From positions 1-32,653 of the forward strand of contig JASLKO010000014.1 in NCBI GenBank assembly GCA_030747475.1: a stretch of DNA of 32,653 nt, written 5' to 3'. The notes beneath the pieces were generated by a model. That model was not told where the DNA came from. It ran no database searches and worked only from the letters and a program-made list of their open reading frames with translations. This DNA comes from Candidatus Thalassarchaeaceae archaeon. GTDB lineage: Archaea > Thermoplasmatota > Poseidoniia > Poseidoniales > Thalassarchaeaceae. The number at the start of each line of letters is the position of its first letter. The first letter of the stretch is position 1. The position numbers were made by a program, and so were the translations under genes. Shown here in pieces: positions 1 to 9,106 of this stretch.

Positions 1-65
1 CTGGTCATGGTTCTTCGAGAGGATTAGCCCAATTTCGAACTATCTCACGAAGTTAGGCCAAGATG

Positions 66-95
66 CTAGGGAAAGTCCGATCGGAGGTTTCCTAG
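66..95. promoter_or_regulatory. 30-bp near-perfect palindrome CTAGGGAAAGTCCGA|TCGGAGGTTTCCTAG upstream of the RND exporter gene (candidate operator or leader hairpin)
   Basis: Pairing 66-80 against 95-81 by hand gives 12 Watson-Crick pairs plus one G-T out of 15. It lies 15-45 nt upstream of the candidate start codons (TTG 110, ATG 140). Confidence 0.4.
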
Positions 96-109
96 ACACC
101 GCTGGACAA

Positions 110-3100
110 TTGGTGAGCGATGTTTCAGACACATCCCACATGATGGCGCAAAGGACAGCTGAACTGACATATAGCGCCATACTTAGGAGTCCGGCGTACC
201 TGATAGTGACCCTCCTACTAGCTTCGGCGCTAATTGGCTGGAGGGCAGAGGACTTCGAGCACCAGATCAACGGTGACGTTGAGATATACCTGCCCGATGG
301 AGCCAACTCAACGGCGCTACTCAATGAGGTTCGAACTCAATGGTCAACCGATATCGTGATCCTTTATGTCCAGACTGACAATGCCGCAGTGGGAGCAGAC
401 CATGGAGTGGACAACATCACTGATGCGTCTATTCTGAATCAGATTTCATGGATAGAAGGTGATGATAACAATGCAGGTGAAAGTGGATACGGCAAGGGCT
501 TGGACTACAACAAGGAAGATCGCGGATCACATGCTTGCAATAGTCCGATGACTGGATGTGATGGAGTTGTCTGGATCCTCTCTCCAGCTCAGATAATCAA
601 AGAGGCAAACTCGACGAACTATAGGTTCTCTTGCGCAGTCGAAAAGTACGGCCTTCCGGGTTCAGACGGAAGCTGTGCGGTTGCGAGCCAGAACCCAAAC
701 GAGGGTTACTCAATTCCACAGGGTGACGGTGCCCAGGAGAGGATTGACGGTTATGTGGATAACTCGGGAGAGCTACTGTCGAACTTCGTCATGGACACCA
801 ATAACGACGGGATATGGGACACTGGCGTCGTAATTATGGGAATTTCCTTCGATATGACCAATACGGATATCACCCCAAGGACCGATCTCAAGACCGGTGA
901 AGAAATCAGAGACCACAAGGCATTCATTGCCTACGTTAAGGCACTACTATCATCCGACTCAGCAAGGAAGGTGAATGCTGGCACGAATCAGCCAAATTGC
1001 GATCTGTGCACCATGACTTGGGACAGAACGTGGACCATGGACCCGGAGCGCTTGGACACAATTCCGCCAAGGAGTGCAGTCACCGTAACCGGACTAACCC
1101 CCGTTCTGCATGACGTTTCCGATTCGATATACGAGGAGTTACGCTACACGATGCTGCCAATCAGCCTCGGCCTCGTGGGTCTCACAATGTTCATCCTACA
1201 CCGCAGCTGGAAGGTTCTGATCATCTGCGGCACGCCTATCGCGATGAGCCTCGCAGTTACATTCGGCTCAACGGTCCTATTCGACATCATGCTGACTCCG
1301 ATGATAATTTCAGCCGGGCCAATACTGGTAGGACTTGGCGTGGACTATTCCCTCCATCTGACTAACAGGATAGAGGAGAACAGGGTAGAGATTCTGAAAA
1401 AGATGGAGGAGGAGGCATGGGCTTCGAGACGTGACGGAGAACAGGTCATTCAACCCGACCCATTCGATCCCGAAATCAGCCTCACTGCCAATGTCAGGGC
1501 CGCTATGACCACGGGAAACGCCATCTTCTTGTCCGCCCTGACAACCATAGTAGGATTCAGCGTTCTGATGTGGCACAGCCTAGTCCCCATTGAGCCCATG
1601 AGGACGGTGGGCAAGACTCTCCTAATTGGCATCTCGACCACCTTCGTGATCTCCATGCTAATGGTGCCCGCCTGGATCGAACTGCTCAGATATAGGAAGG
1701 GCGACTCAAGAAATCTGTTAAGAACCAGCGTCGTGGACTCTTCCAGAAGGAAGAGGATCGAGGAAGAGAAGGCCATAGAAGCGAAATCCTCACCTAGGAG
1801 GGAGCGTGACTCTGCAATAGACACATCTGACGTTTTCGGTACCATTCTGGGGATTAACAGTCTACTATTCTACGTCGTTTCCACAGCCATTTTCACTGGT
1901 TCACTGGTTATCTTCACCGATCTCACCCGTGATGGCTCCCTAATCCTGGGATTCACACTATCGACAACCCTGACATTCTCCCTTCTCGATGACTTCTGGG
2001 ATGCGGTCGGAAAGGTCCCACTGAAAGCCACGCTTCTTGTCATTCTGGTTTCTTTCGCAGCGACAATATGGGGCGGCATGATGTTCAAGGAACAGCTGGG
2101 CAAAGACATTACCGGGTCATCGGACGAAGTCCCCCCCGGTCTAGAGTCATATGAGGCACTGAGGGAGTACAGCATAGTTTTCGAGGGTGGACAGACAAAC
2201 ATGTTCATCGTAGATGCCACCGAGAGGGGCCGCCAGAACGAAACTGCTCCAATTCGGGACCTGCCTATCCTGGATGCAATCGAGCACATGCAGGAAATGA
2301 AGATCGATAACGTTGCGAATACCACGACAATCAGCCTCGTCAATATCCTCAAGGCAGTACACGTGGACGTCGAGATAGGTAGTCTGGAGGTATATGACCA
2401 GAGCCTATGGGAATTGATTCACGATGAATGCTGGGACGAATCAGCCAATCCGCTAAAGCCGGAATGCTGGCCATACTCTGTTAGCAGTAGGGAGGACATG
2501 GTCAACATCGCCTTCGATACACTAAGCCCTGAGGTCAGGTCCATGCTGATGAACTCCGATGATGGAGAAGGGGAGACAAAGACGTTGGTATACGTAAACC
2601 AGCCATACATCAATTTGGCAGTGGCAGGGGGACTCAGGGAGACAATCGACGGGCATCTGGACGAGGGCGGCTGCTCTTCCCCCCTGTCGTGCAACGCACT
2701 CGGCCATACTCCCTATCTCGACGAAGAAATGGACGAGGTCTCAAACTCGCTACTCACTGGGGGGCTCCCAGTATCACTGGACATCAATGATGGAATACAC
2801 CAGGCCCAATCAAAGACCACAATAGCAACCATGCTGATACTGCTTCTAGTCATGGCGTTCCTGTTCAGGTCCGCAAGACTCGCCATTTTCACGATGACAG
2901 CGGTAGGCGTCGTCGTTCTATGGCAGCCGCTGCTAATGTGGTTCTACAAGGTCAACGTCAACGTGTTCACGGCGATGATTGGGACGTTGGTATTCGGTAT
3001 AGGAGTCGACGACTCCATCCACATCATAGATCGAATCAAGGACGAGCGAGAGACCCCAGCTGGGATTCAGAAGTCAGTTTCCAGGACTGGGAGGACCATT

Positions 3101-3361
3101 TTCGAGACAACCGCAACGACATGCACCGGTCTAGCCGCGGGCCTATTCGTCGCAATTCCCGGGCTACAGAACTTCTTCGTGCTGATGATGCTCCTGCTAG
3201 TCCTGGCACTCCTCACTAGCTCCATCCTCCTGCCAAGCCTCATCGTGGCATACCACGAACTCTCTCACGCCCTGCGGGGCAAGATAGGGACTTGGCAAGA
3301 CTACGGGGAGAGCGGGTCAATCGCCGATGCTTCACCGGTTGACGCAGTTGTCTTCGACTAG
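110..3361 (+). CDS. RND-superfamily (MMPL / COG1033-type) membrane exporter
   Basis: 1083-aa ORF. It has two copies of the RND hallmark motif, GLGVDYSLHLTNRIEE and GIGVDDSIHIIDRIKDE, each inside a hydrophobic multi-TM block and each preceded by a large soluble loop. The ORF-track start at 110 is TTG; the first ATG is at 140. Confidence 0.75.
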   Translation: MVSDVSDTSHMMAQRTAELTYSAILRSPAYLIVTLLLASALIGWRAEDFEHQINGDVEIYLPDGANSTALLNEVRTQWSTDIVILYVQTDNAAVGADHGVDNITDASILNQISWIEGDDNNAGESGYGKGLDYNKEDRGSHACNSPMTGCDGVVWILSPAQIIKEANSTNYRFSCAVEKYGLPGSDGSCAVASQNPNEGYSIPQGDGAQERIDGYVDNSGELLSNFVMDTNNDGIWDTGVVIMGISFDMTNTDITPRTDLKTGEEIRDHKAFIAYVKALLSSDSARKVNAGTNQPNCDLCTMTWDRTWTMDPERLDTIPPRSAVTVTGLTPVLHDVSDSIYEELRYTMLPISLGLVGLTMFILHRSWKVLIICGTPIAMSLAVTFGSTVLFDIMLTPMIISAGPILVGLGVDYSLHLTNRIEENRVEILKKMEEEAWASRRDGEQVIQPDPFDPEISLTANVRAAMTTGNAIFLSALTTIVGFSVLMWHSLVPIEPMRTVGKTLLIGISTTFVISMLMVPAWIELLRYRKGDSRNLLRTSVVDSSRRKRIEEEKAIEAKSSPRRERDSAIDTSDVFGTILGINSLLFYVVSTAIFTGSLVIFTDLTRDGSLILGFTLSTTLTFSLLDDFWDAVGKVPLKATLLVILVSFAATIWGGMMFKEQLGKDITGSSDEVPPGLESYEALREYSIVFEGGQTNMFIVDATERGRQNETAPIRDLPILDAIEHMQEMKIDNVANTTTISLVNILKAVHVDVEIGSLEVYDQSLWELIHDECWDESANPLKPECWPYSVSSREDMVNIAFDTLSPEVRSMLMNSDDGEGETKTLVYVNQPYINLAVAGGLRETIDGHLDEGGCSSPLSCNALGHTPYLDEEMDEVSNSLLTGGLPVSLDINDGIHQAQSKTTIATMLILLLVMAFLFRSARLAIFTMTAVGVVVLWQPLLMWFYKVNVNVFTAMIGTLVFGIGVDDSIHIIDRIKDERETPAGIQKSVSRTGRTIFETTATTCTGLAAGLFVAIPGLQNFFVLMMLLLVLALLTSSILLPSLIVAYHELSHALRGKIGTWQDYGESGSIADASPVDAVVFD

Positions 3362-3369
3362 GATAGTTT

Positions 3370-3662
3370 GGCGAGGGTGCAGGGAGTAAGCCCCTTTCTG
3401 TTCACCTTTCGGCTGGTCGCATTCAACTATGCATCCTACCCGGTCCTGTCGATGCCCTGCGGACCTGCTTGGACTTGCTCCAGCGGGGTTGCTCGTTCCA
3501 GCCACGCTCAGGAAACCTCCCCCTTTCGGGTTCATCGTACGCCTGGCGCGGTTCGTTTCGGTTGCAGTGCCGGCCCTTCCGGACCTCCGACTTGCGTCGG
3601 ACCACCTGCATCAAGGAGAGGGGACTTTCCTCAGTGTCGTACACTGTCAGCGACCCTCCTAA
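3370..3662 (-). ncRNA. rnpB: RNase P RNA (archaeal type A-like)
   Basis: The minus strand reads GAGGAAAGUCCCC (plus 3621-3633), matching CR-I, and ACAGAAAGGGGCUUA (plus 3386-3400), matching CR-V. A terminal helix forms between GAGGGU(c)GC near 3658 and GCACCCUC near 3373. A short P3-like hairpin AGUGU-ACG-ACACU precedes CR-I. The region is GC-rich, non-coding and covered by overlapping short ORFs on both strands. The ends are approximate, within about 10 nt. Confidence 0.85.
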
Positions 3663-3689
3663 TCCCATTACTTCGGGAACAGTAGATGG

Positions 3690-3697
3690 ATTTGAAA
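3690..3697 (-). promoter_or_regulatory. Candidate TATA-like box TTTCAAAT for the RNase P RNA
   Basis: Sits about 27-30 nt upstream of the inferred RNA 5' end (~3662-3666). Similar ATTCAAA-type boxes occur upstream of the giant surface-protein gene and asnS. Confidence 0.3.
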
Positions 3698-3707
3698 CCT
3701 GTGGCGA

Positions 3708-6700
3708 TTAAATTGGGACCCAATTTCCGTCTTCGTCATAATATCCACCCCACTGCTTTGCCTGTTCATACCAAGCCAATTGCTCAGGACTCATGGTTGC
3801 TGGATCGTAGTTCGTTGTTTGTGGTTGAGGTTGTTGAGAAGATGCAGTGGCTACAACGAATGATGCTGCGGCTCTCTGTAATTCAGCTTCCCTAAGGTAT
3901 CCGTTGTTATCTGCATCGAATCCTTTGGCATGTGCCAAGAATCCGGCAGCATCTGTGATTCCATGCTGAGAAATAACGTGCCGTACTGTCTCGTCGTTGT
4001 AATCCAATGGATACTCTTGTGGTTTTTCTAGATGAGTTGATAACGCTGCCACATTAGACGCAGGAGGTTGTATCGATTCTTCATCTTCAGCAGTCCAAAT
4101 ATCATCTGTTTCAAACAATGCATCATCTCTGCTACCACCACTTCGAAGTGCGATGAGTAGTACAGATGCCAAGAGAATTAGCAAGCCAATAAACATGAGA
4201 GTCCATACCAAATTGACTCCACTGAAAACTGTGGTAATGAATGATCCCTCGTCTGCTTTCACCACATTGATGGTAGGGCCATTTACAATCGTACCATCCT
4301 CCATGGTGATGCGGATCCATTGGCGACCTTCTGTTTCTGGCTGCCAATCGATATGATGTAAAGTACGACCACCAGCATCAACGATGATGTCGACAGGAAT
4401 TGCTGTCAGTACCCTGGTATTTTCATCATCAAGATGTGCTTCTGTTAGACGAATCGAGGCGGTGCCACGACCTTCGCCTTCATTTCGAATTGCGATTGTA
4501 ATCATGACGTTTTCACCGACTTCGACGTCTCCAGAATCAGAGTACGTCACATCATCCTCAGTGAGAACGAAGATTGGTCCAATTCTTTCGATTGGCCATG
4601 ATGCGAATGGATTCTCATCTTGATTGGTGCCAGATGGCTGTTGCATGTCATTTCCAGCCATATCCATTCCAGTAATCCAAATGTGTAGATACAATTGGTC
4701 AGAATGATATTCCTCAGGGATGGATTCATCCAAATTGAGGGTTGCTCCTGCGATGATGGATTGGCCAGCAAGGTTTCCTCCAGCAATGACCATTGGAGAC
4801 TCGCCAAGCGCCAATGGAATCACACGTACATCAGAGCCACGTATCACCTTCCAATGTAAGACCAAACTATCTTGATTAATTTGTTCAAGTTCAGAAATTC
4901 GAACATCGATTTGTAAGGCAGAAAGGGCATCTAATGGCAACTGAGATTCGACTCGGGGAGAAATCACTTCCAACGGTTCAGGTCCGGCAGGATCAACGAC
5001 AATCCATCGTAATGCTGCAGTTGTATCAGTCACATCATTTGCTTGTGAGGGTAAATCTGCCAATTCGACAGTAAGTGGATATGAGCCTGCTTCAGTAGGT
5101 GCGATAACAGTGGTTGACCAAAGACCGTCTTCACTGTGTAGGATGGTCTCATCCCCATCCAAAAGTAGTCGGATATCAAATGAAGATGATGGTCTGGTCC
5201 CAGTTGCTGGGAAATGTATCGCACCAGAAATATCGATATCAGAAGATGGAGCGACCCATGCACCCTCTTCAGAGAACGTTCCAGACTCTAATGAAAGAAG
5301 CATTGTGTCTGTATCGATAGCCAAATCTGGTGAATATCTCCAACGCAATTGAGGTAAGGATAACCACGCGCCTTGACCACTTCGATCAGTGACTTCAATC
5401 GATGGTTCCCATCGCATATCACCCTCTCGTGGAAGGGTCCAATTCAATTGGAAATCAACAAAGAATTTCAAATCGGGATTGAATGGAGTTAGTTCTCCAC
5501 TCCATGCGTGAACACCACACTGTTCGACATACATGTGCGGTGAAAGTACATTGCATCTTCCGTCAGCTGCTGACCACTCAATGGCCAGTGTATCAGATAC
5601 CGAATTACTCGCCAGCTGAAGACGAAGGGTGCCAATGTCTGACCAGCCATTTGGTTCGATAATATGGAGTGAAAATGAGTAATCTACGCCTGGGTGAAGA
5701 TACGATAGTTTGCCATCCTCTGTGCCCTCAAAACCACCCTCTGCTGGCAAAGAAGGTGGGCCATCAATCAAAACTTGATAGGTGAATAATTGGCTATCTG
5801 AATTGGTGTTACCTCCATCAGCAATCGCATTCCCAGCAGGATCTGCTCCATCGATATAGGCTGCAACGATATCGCCATCCTCGGCATCAGTATCATCTAG
5901 GGTTAACGTGTAATTACCTCTGGCCATTGACAGGTTTGTTGGTGCAGTCAATGGCATTGCAGTGTATTCATCGACATCGATAAGGCCATTTTGATTGAGG
6001 TCATCAATCCACTCGCGCCATACCATCAAATTCAGTTCAGTAGGTAACACCGGTCGATCGTAAACTTCGATTCGAACGAACTGATTTGGAGATGCTGCTC
6101 GATGGTCATATTGAGCAATGTTTTGATCCACAACTTGTGGATTCAATGAATCAACAGTGAACGTACGATTCAAATTTAGATTGGAATGGAATTCTTGTCC
6201 AAATAATGGTTCAACTGAAATCGTGTAAGTCACATCACCAGTCCCGAGTGGGGTTGCGAAAGAAAATGTAGCCAAACCCTCATCGAGAGTAGTTGTATTC
6301 ATTTTCTCAATCCCATTTTCCAACAGGTGAACTCTGACATCACCACTGCGTGGATTCTTTGTATCATCTGCCAGATTCTCAAATCCAAGATGGGCGTCAA
6401 TGACAATTTGAGAATCGGATTGAAGATATGACATCGATTGTGGTATTGCAGCCCCAAGTTCATTGTAAACATCCCATCCTAACATGACAATGTCATTCTC
6501 AACTGCTGCACTCAAACCCATTCCGGAACGCTCTATGAGAGGAGGGGATGGCGAACCATCTAACATGTAAAGCGATGCGCCAATCTTGAAATTCTCTGAA
6601 TCCTCAAGGCTTGCATTGGTTTGGAATGGTAATGATAAATTCAACCACTGGCCACCGGTTGTGAATGTAATGCCTCCATCTGGACTCTGGAAAATCAATG

Positions 6701-9074
6701 GGGATTCTGCGATGCTGGTAATTGCCATATGTTCATTGAGAATCTGTACGGATGAACCATCAACTGGGAATCTGTAAAATGTCCTTACGTTGTCACTTTC
6801 TACATTGATTACCAAATCCTTTGGACTACCTTGGGTCCATGAATACTGAGCATTCAATTCCATCCATTGCCATGAAGGGGTGACGGGTGAATTTACACTG
6901 AAATTTGAGAGTGAATAACTATCCAATGCTACATTTGAAGAGGTCACTAAATCGGTTATCGTACCGACGATTCCACCTGGAGTTGATGAAGAAATCGGGA
7001 TAGGTACCATTCGATGTTGGGATTGAATTTGTGCATCAAGCAATGCTTGATTCATCGAGAGAATAAATGGTGAATCAACTGAAAAAGATAATTCGGCCAG
7101 AGGACTGTAAATAGCAGATAGACCACCCACTCTCAAATGACCATTGGTCCCATCTACATCGACCGTAGATATCGCATATTCTAAGCCACCTGGGGCTGCC
7201 CAAAATGTAGGTGCGTTTGAGAGATTTTCATTGAGATATTGTAAATCATCATCTCCTAAGACAATGGTTTCAACACCCATCCCGAATCCAACGCCTTTCG
7301 TGTATACTGCTTGACCCGCAATTGAAAATGAAACATCTACTGGATTAGTAGCAGAGAAGGGTGCCAAGTCAATTGATAGATGATTAAGGCCTGATTTCGG
7401 AAGAAGGATGCCCACTTGTTTGAGACCTGCAGTAGCCCACTGCATATCTGTGGAAAGATCCCCATTTGTGAATCGACTCTGCCAACCCCATGATGAAATG
7501 TGAGGATGAAATGAATCCCATTCAGTCCATCCATCTTCTCCGAGATCTATGGTAGGGTGAGTTGGCAAATGCCCTCCAATCAAATCAAATCTCACATCAT
7601 TGAAGGTGCAACTACCACTATTGCACGAAAGTCGAATCTGCAATTTCTGCCCATAGTCTGTGAAAGCATGTACACCACTGGTAGAAACTTGTTGCCACCC
7701 ACCACCATCAACTGAAATCTCTGCACCCCAATTCCCTGACGCCCCTATATTCATGCCCAATTGAGCAATTGGACGATGAGAGGCGAATAGTGGTGAAATG
7801 ATTGAACCACTACCTGAAATCGATGCGCCGTTCCAATTCATTGCATCTAAAGTCCATCCCGCTGAAGTTGGATTTGAATTGAAGGTAGAACCATATCGAT
7901 GATTGATATGTACACCATGGACAATTGGTGATGTGCCTCCACTGCTAATATCAAAGTGTAATTTGACTCGTAAACTAGTGTGTTTTTCAGCATCAATACC
8001 TCCGAGATCAACCCACGTAGAATCTAAATTTGAATAACCAGGAATTGGTGTTTTTGAAACACCATCAACGATTGAAAGTTTGAGGGCAGCCCCATTTGGT
8101 ACGGTAGCGTCAATGGAGGTAATCCCGTAATGAGTCCCCTTTGAATGATGAGCACCACTAATGTCTGGACCGAATCTAGCGCTTGTCCAGTTGGCTTCTT
8201 CACCACCTCCAGCTCCTTGTGAAGGAGAGATGGCAACATCGTCTAAATTCCATCCAGTGTAGGTTACTGAACCATCCGTTGTTCCCAATCCAAAACGAAC
8301 TTGTAATGAGGGGTTATTCTGTACATAGTTACCAATACTGTGTGTCACTTGACCATATGAATTATCATTCACGGAACCTACGTTTGAGTACAACTGGACC
8401 CAATTTCCTTGTGCATTCGTAATTTGAACATATGCATGATCATAATAATGATATTCAACACCAAGTCGCTTCCAATATGTTAGACTCCAACTACCTGAAC
8501 AAGAAGAACAGTCAACTGCGGGGCTAGTTGCCCAGTATGTCGAACTCATGTAATTGGGATAATTTCCATTATACGTATACAGGGCTTTAGTGCCACTATG
8601 GACTCCATTTGTGGAACCTAAGGACGAATCGTACCCCCATGCCCAACCACCTTGACTTGACAGTGTCCAACCGTGATTGCTAGTCTCAAAATCCCATGAC
8701 CATTCTTGAGGAAGCAACTGCATCCCTTCTGTTTTATTCACATCTACACGATCTAGGATGGCCCCACTGTTCGACCAATCAGAGGTCCCAGACCAAGTCA
8801 CAGCATCATTGAATGCTAAAGTCTCAGGTTCTAATGTCAAGTCAATTGACTCAACTGTGTGGCTGATGGGGACTTCGGCCTTCAAACCACTAGAACTGCC
8901 ATTTTCTGTATGAATTGACATTGACACACTCTCATCTAAACCAGAATGATGAGATTTTACTCGGGATTCCAGAGGACTGCTAGATGGCATGTCAAAGCCG
9001 ATCAACATTGTTGATGAAACCATCAAAAATACCATCATCATAGATGATGACCAGCGCGAACGCCCTGTCGACAT
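3708..9074 (-). CDS. Giant (1788 aa) secreted, C-terminally membrane-anchored surface protein with Ca-binding loops (putative adhesin / cell-envelope protein)
   Basis: ATG start at 9074. Hydrophobic N-terminal signal-like segment (MMMVFLMVSSTMLIGF). Long Ser/Thr/Asn/Gly-rich beta-type ectodomain. One TM near the C-terminus (VNLVWTLMFIGLLILLASVLLIAL) followed by a 145-aa acidic tail. An N-terminal region (WSWDFETSNHGW...TGWNLDDVAI) resembles a MAM/ConA-like jelly roll. Canonical EF-hand loops DLNQNGLIDVDE and DADNNGYLREAE are present. Confidence 0.85.
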   Translation of the reverse strand: MSTGRSRWSSSMMMVFLMVSSTMLIGFDMPSSSPLESRVKSHHSGLDESVSMSIHTENGSSSGLKAEVPISHTVESIDLTLEPETLAFNDAVTWSGTSDWSNSGAILDRVDVNKTEGMQLLPQEWSWDFETSNHGWTLSSQGGWAWGYDSSLGSTNGVHSGTKALYTYNGNYPNYMSSTYWATSPAVDCSSCSGSWSLTYWKRLGVEYHYYDHAYVQITNAQGNWVQLYSNVGSVNDNSYGQVTHSIGNYVQNNPSLQVRFGLGTTDGSVTYTGWNLDDVAISPSQGAGGGEEANWTSARFGPDISGAHHSKGTHYGITSIDATVPNGAALKLSIVDGVSKTPIPGYSNLDSTWVDLGGIDAEKHTSLRVKLHFDISSGGTSPIVHGVHINHRYGSTFNSNPTSAGWTLDAMNWNGASISGSGSIISPLFASHRPIAQLGMNIGASGNWGAEISVDGGGWQQVSTSGVHAFTDYGQKLQIRLSCNSGSCTFNDVRFDLIGGHLPTHPTIDLGEDGWTEWDSFHPHISSWGWQSRFTNGDLSTDMQWATAGLKQVGILLPKSGLNHLSIDLAPFSATNPVDVSFSIAGQAVYTKGVGFGMGVETIVLGDDDLQYLNENLSNAPTFWAAPGGLEYAISTVDVDGTNGHLRVGGLSAIYSPLAELSFSVDSPFILSMNQALLDAQIQSQHRMVPIPISSSTPGGIVGTITDLVTSSNVALDSYSLSNFSVNSPVTPSWQWMELNAQYSWTQGSPKDLVINVESDNVRTFYRFPVDGSSVQILNEHMAITSIAESPLIFQSPDGGITFTTGGQWLNLSLPFQTNASLEDSENFKIGASLYMLDGSPSPPLIERSGMGLSAAVENDIVMLGWDVYNELGAAIPQSMSYLQSDSQIVIDAHLGFENLADDTKNPRSGDVRVHLLENGIEKMNTTTLDEGLATFSFATPLGTGDVTYTISVEPLFGQEFHSNLNLNRTFTVDSLNPQVVDQNIAQYDHRAASPNQFVRIEVYDRPVLPTELNLMVWREWIDDLNQNGLIDVDEYTAMPLTAPTNLSMARGNYTLTLDDTDAEDGDIVAAYIDGADPAGNAIADGGNTNSDSQLFTYQVLIDGPPSLPAEGGFEGTEDGKLSYLHPGVDYSFSLHIIEPNGWSDIGTLRLQLASNSVSDTLAIEWSAADGRCNVLSPHMYVEQCGVHAWSGELTPFNPDLKFFVDFQLNWTLPREGDMRWEPSIEVTDRSGQGAWLSLPQLRWRYSPDLAIDTDTMLLSLESGTFSEEGAWVAPSSDIDISGAIHFPATGTRPSSSFDIRLLLDGDETILHSEDGLWSTTVIAPTEAGSYPLTVELADLPSQANDVTDTTAALRWIVVDPAGPEPLEVISPRVESQLPLDALSALQIDVRISELEQINQDSLVLHWKVIRGSDVRVIPLALGESPMVIAGGNLAGQSIIAGATLNLDESIPEEYHSDQLYLHIWITGMDMAGNDMQQPSGTNQDENPFASWPIERIGPIFVLTEDDVTYSDSGDVEVGENVMITIAIRNEGEGRGTASIRLTEAHLDDENTRVLTAIPVDIIVDAGGRTLHHIDWQPETEGRQWIRITMEDGTIVNGPTINVVKADEGSFITTVFSGVNLVWTLMFIGLLILLASVLLIALRSGGSRDDALFETDDIWTAEDEESIQPPASNVAALSTHLEKPQEYPLDYNDETVRHVISQHGITDAAGFLAHAKGFDADNNGYLREAELQRAAASFVVATASSQQPQPQTTNYDPATMSPEQLAWYEQAKQWGGYYDEDGNWVPI

Positions 9075-9098
9075 GGGTCTTTGCGCAGACTTGGAAGT

Positions 9099-9106
9099 GT
9101 TTGAAT
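9099..9106 (-). promoter_or_regulatory. Candidate TATA-like box ATTCAAAC for the giant surface-protein gene (leaderless or very short leader)
   Basis: Centred about 28 nt upstream of the ATG at 9074. Same motif class as the boxes at 3690-3697 and 11063-11070. Confidence 0.3.

Noticed and set aside
68-80. GGGAAAGTCCGA resembles the RNase P CR-I element, suggesting a second RNase P-like RNA.
   Set aside because: No CR-V/P4 partner or other RNase P elements are nearby. The string is one arm of the 30-bp palindrome at 66-95, which explains it better.
1310-3219. Antisense and alternative-frame ORFs inside the RND exporter gene (for example 1450-1845, 1870-2352 and 2920-3219).
   Set aside because: They lie wholly inside a 1083-aa ORF with clear RND motifs. 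Long shadow ORFs are expected at the higher GC of this gene, and none shows a recognisable motif.
3332-3895. Eight short overlapping ORFs (67-105 aa) on both strands between the RND gene and the giant gene.
   Set aside because: They overlap one another in several frames, are Pro/Arg/Gly-rich as expected for random translation of GC-rich DNA, and cover the RNase P RNA. The RNA gene explains the region.
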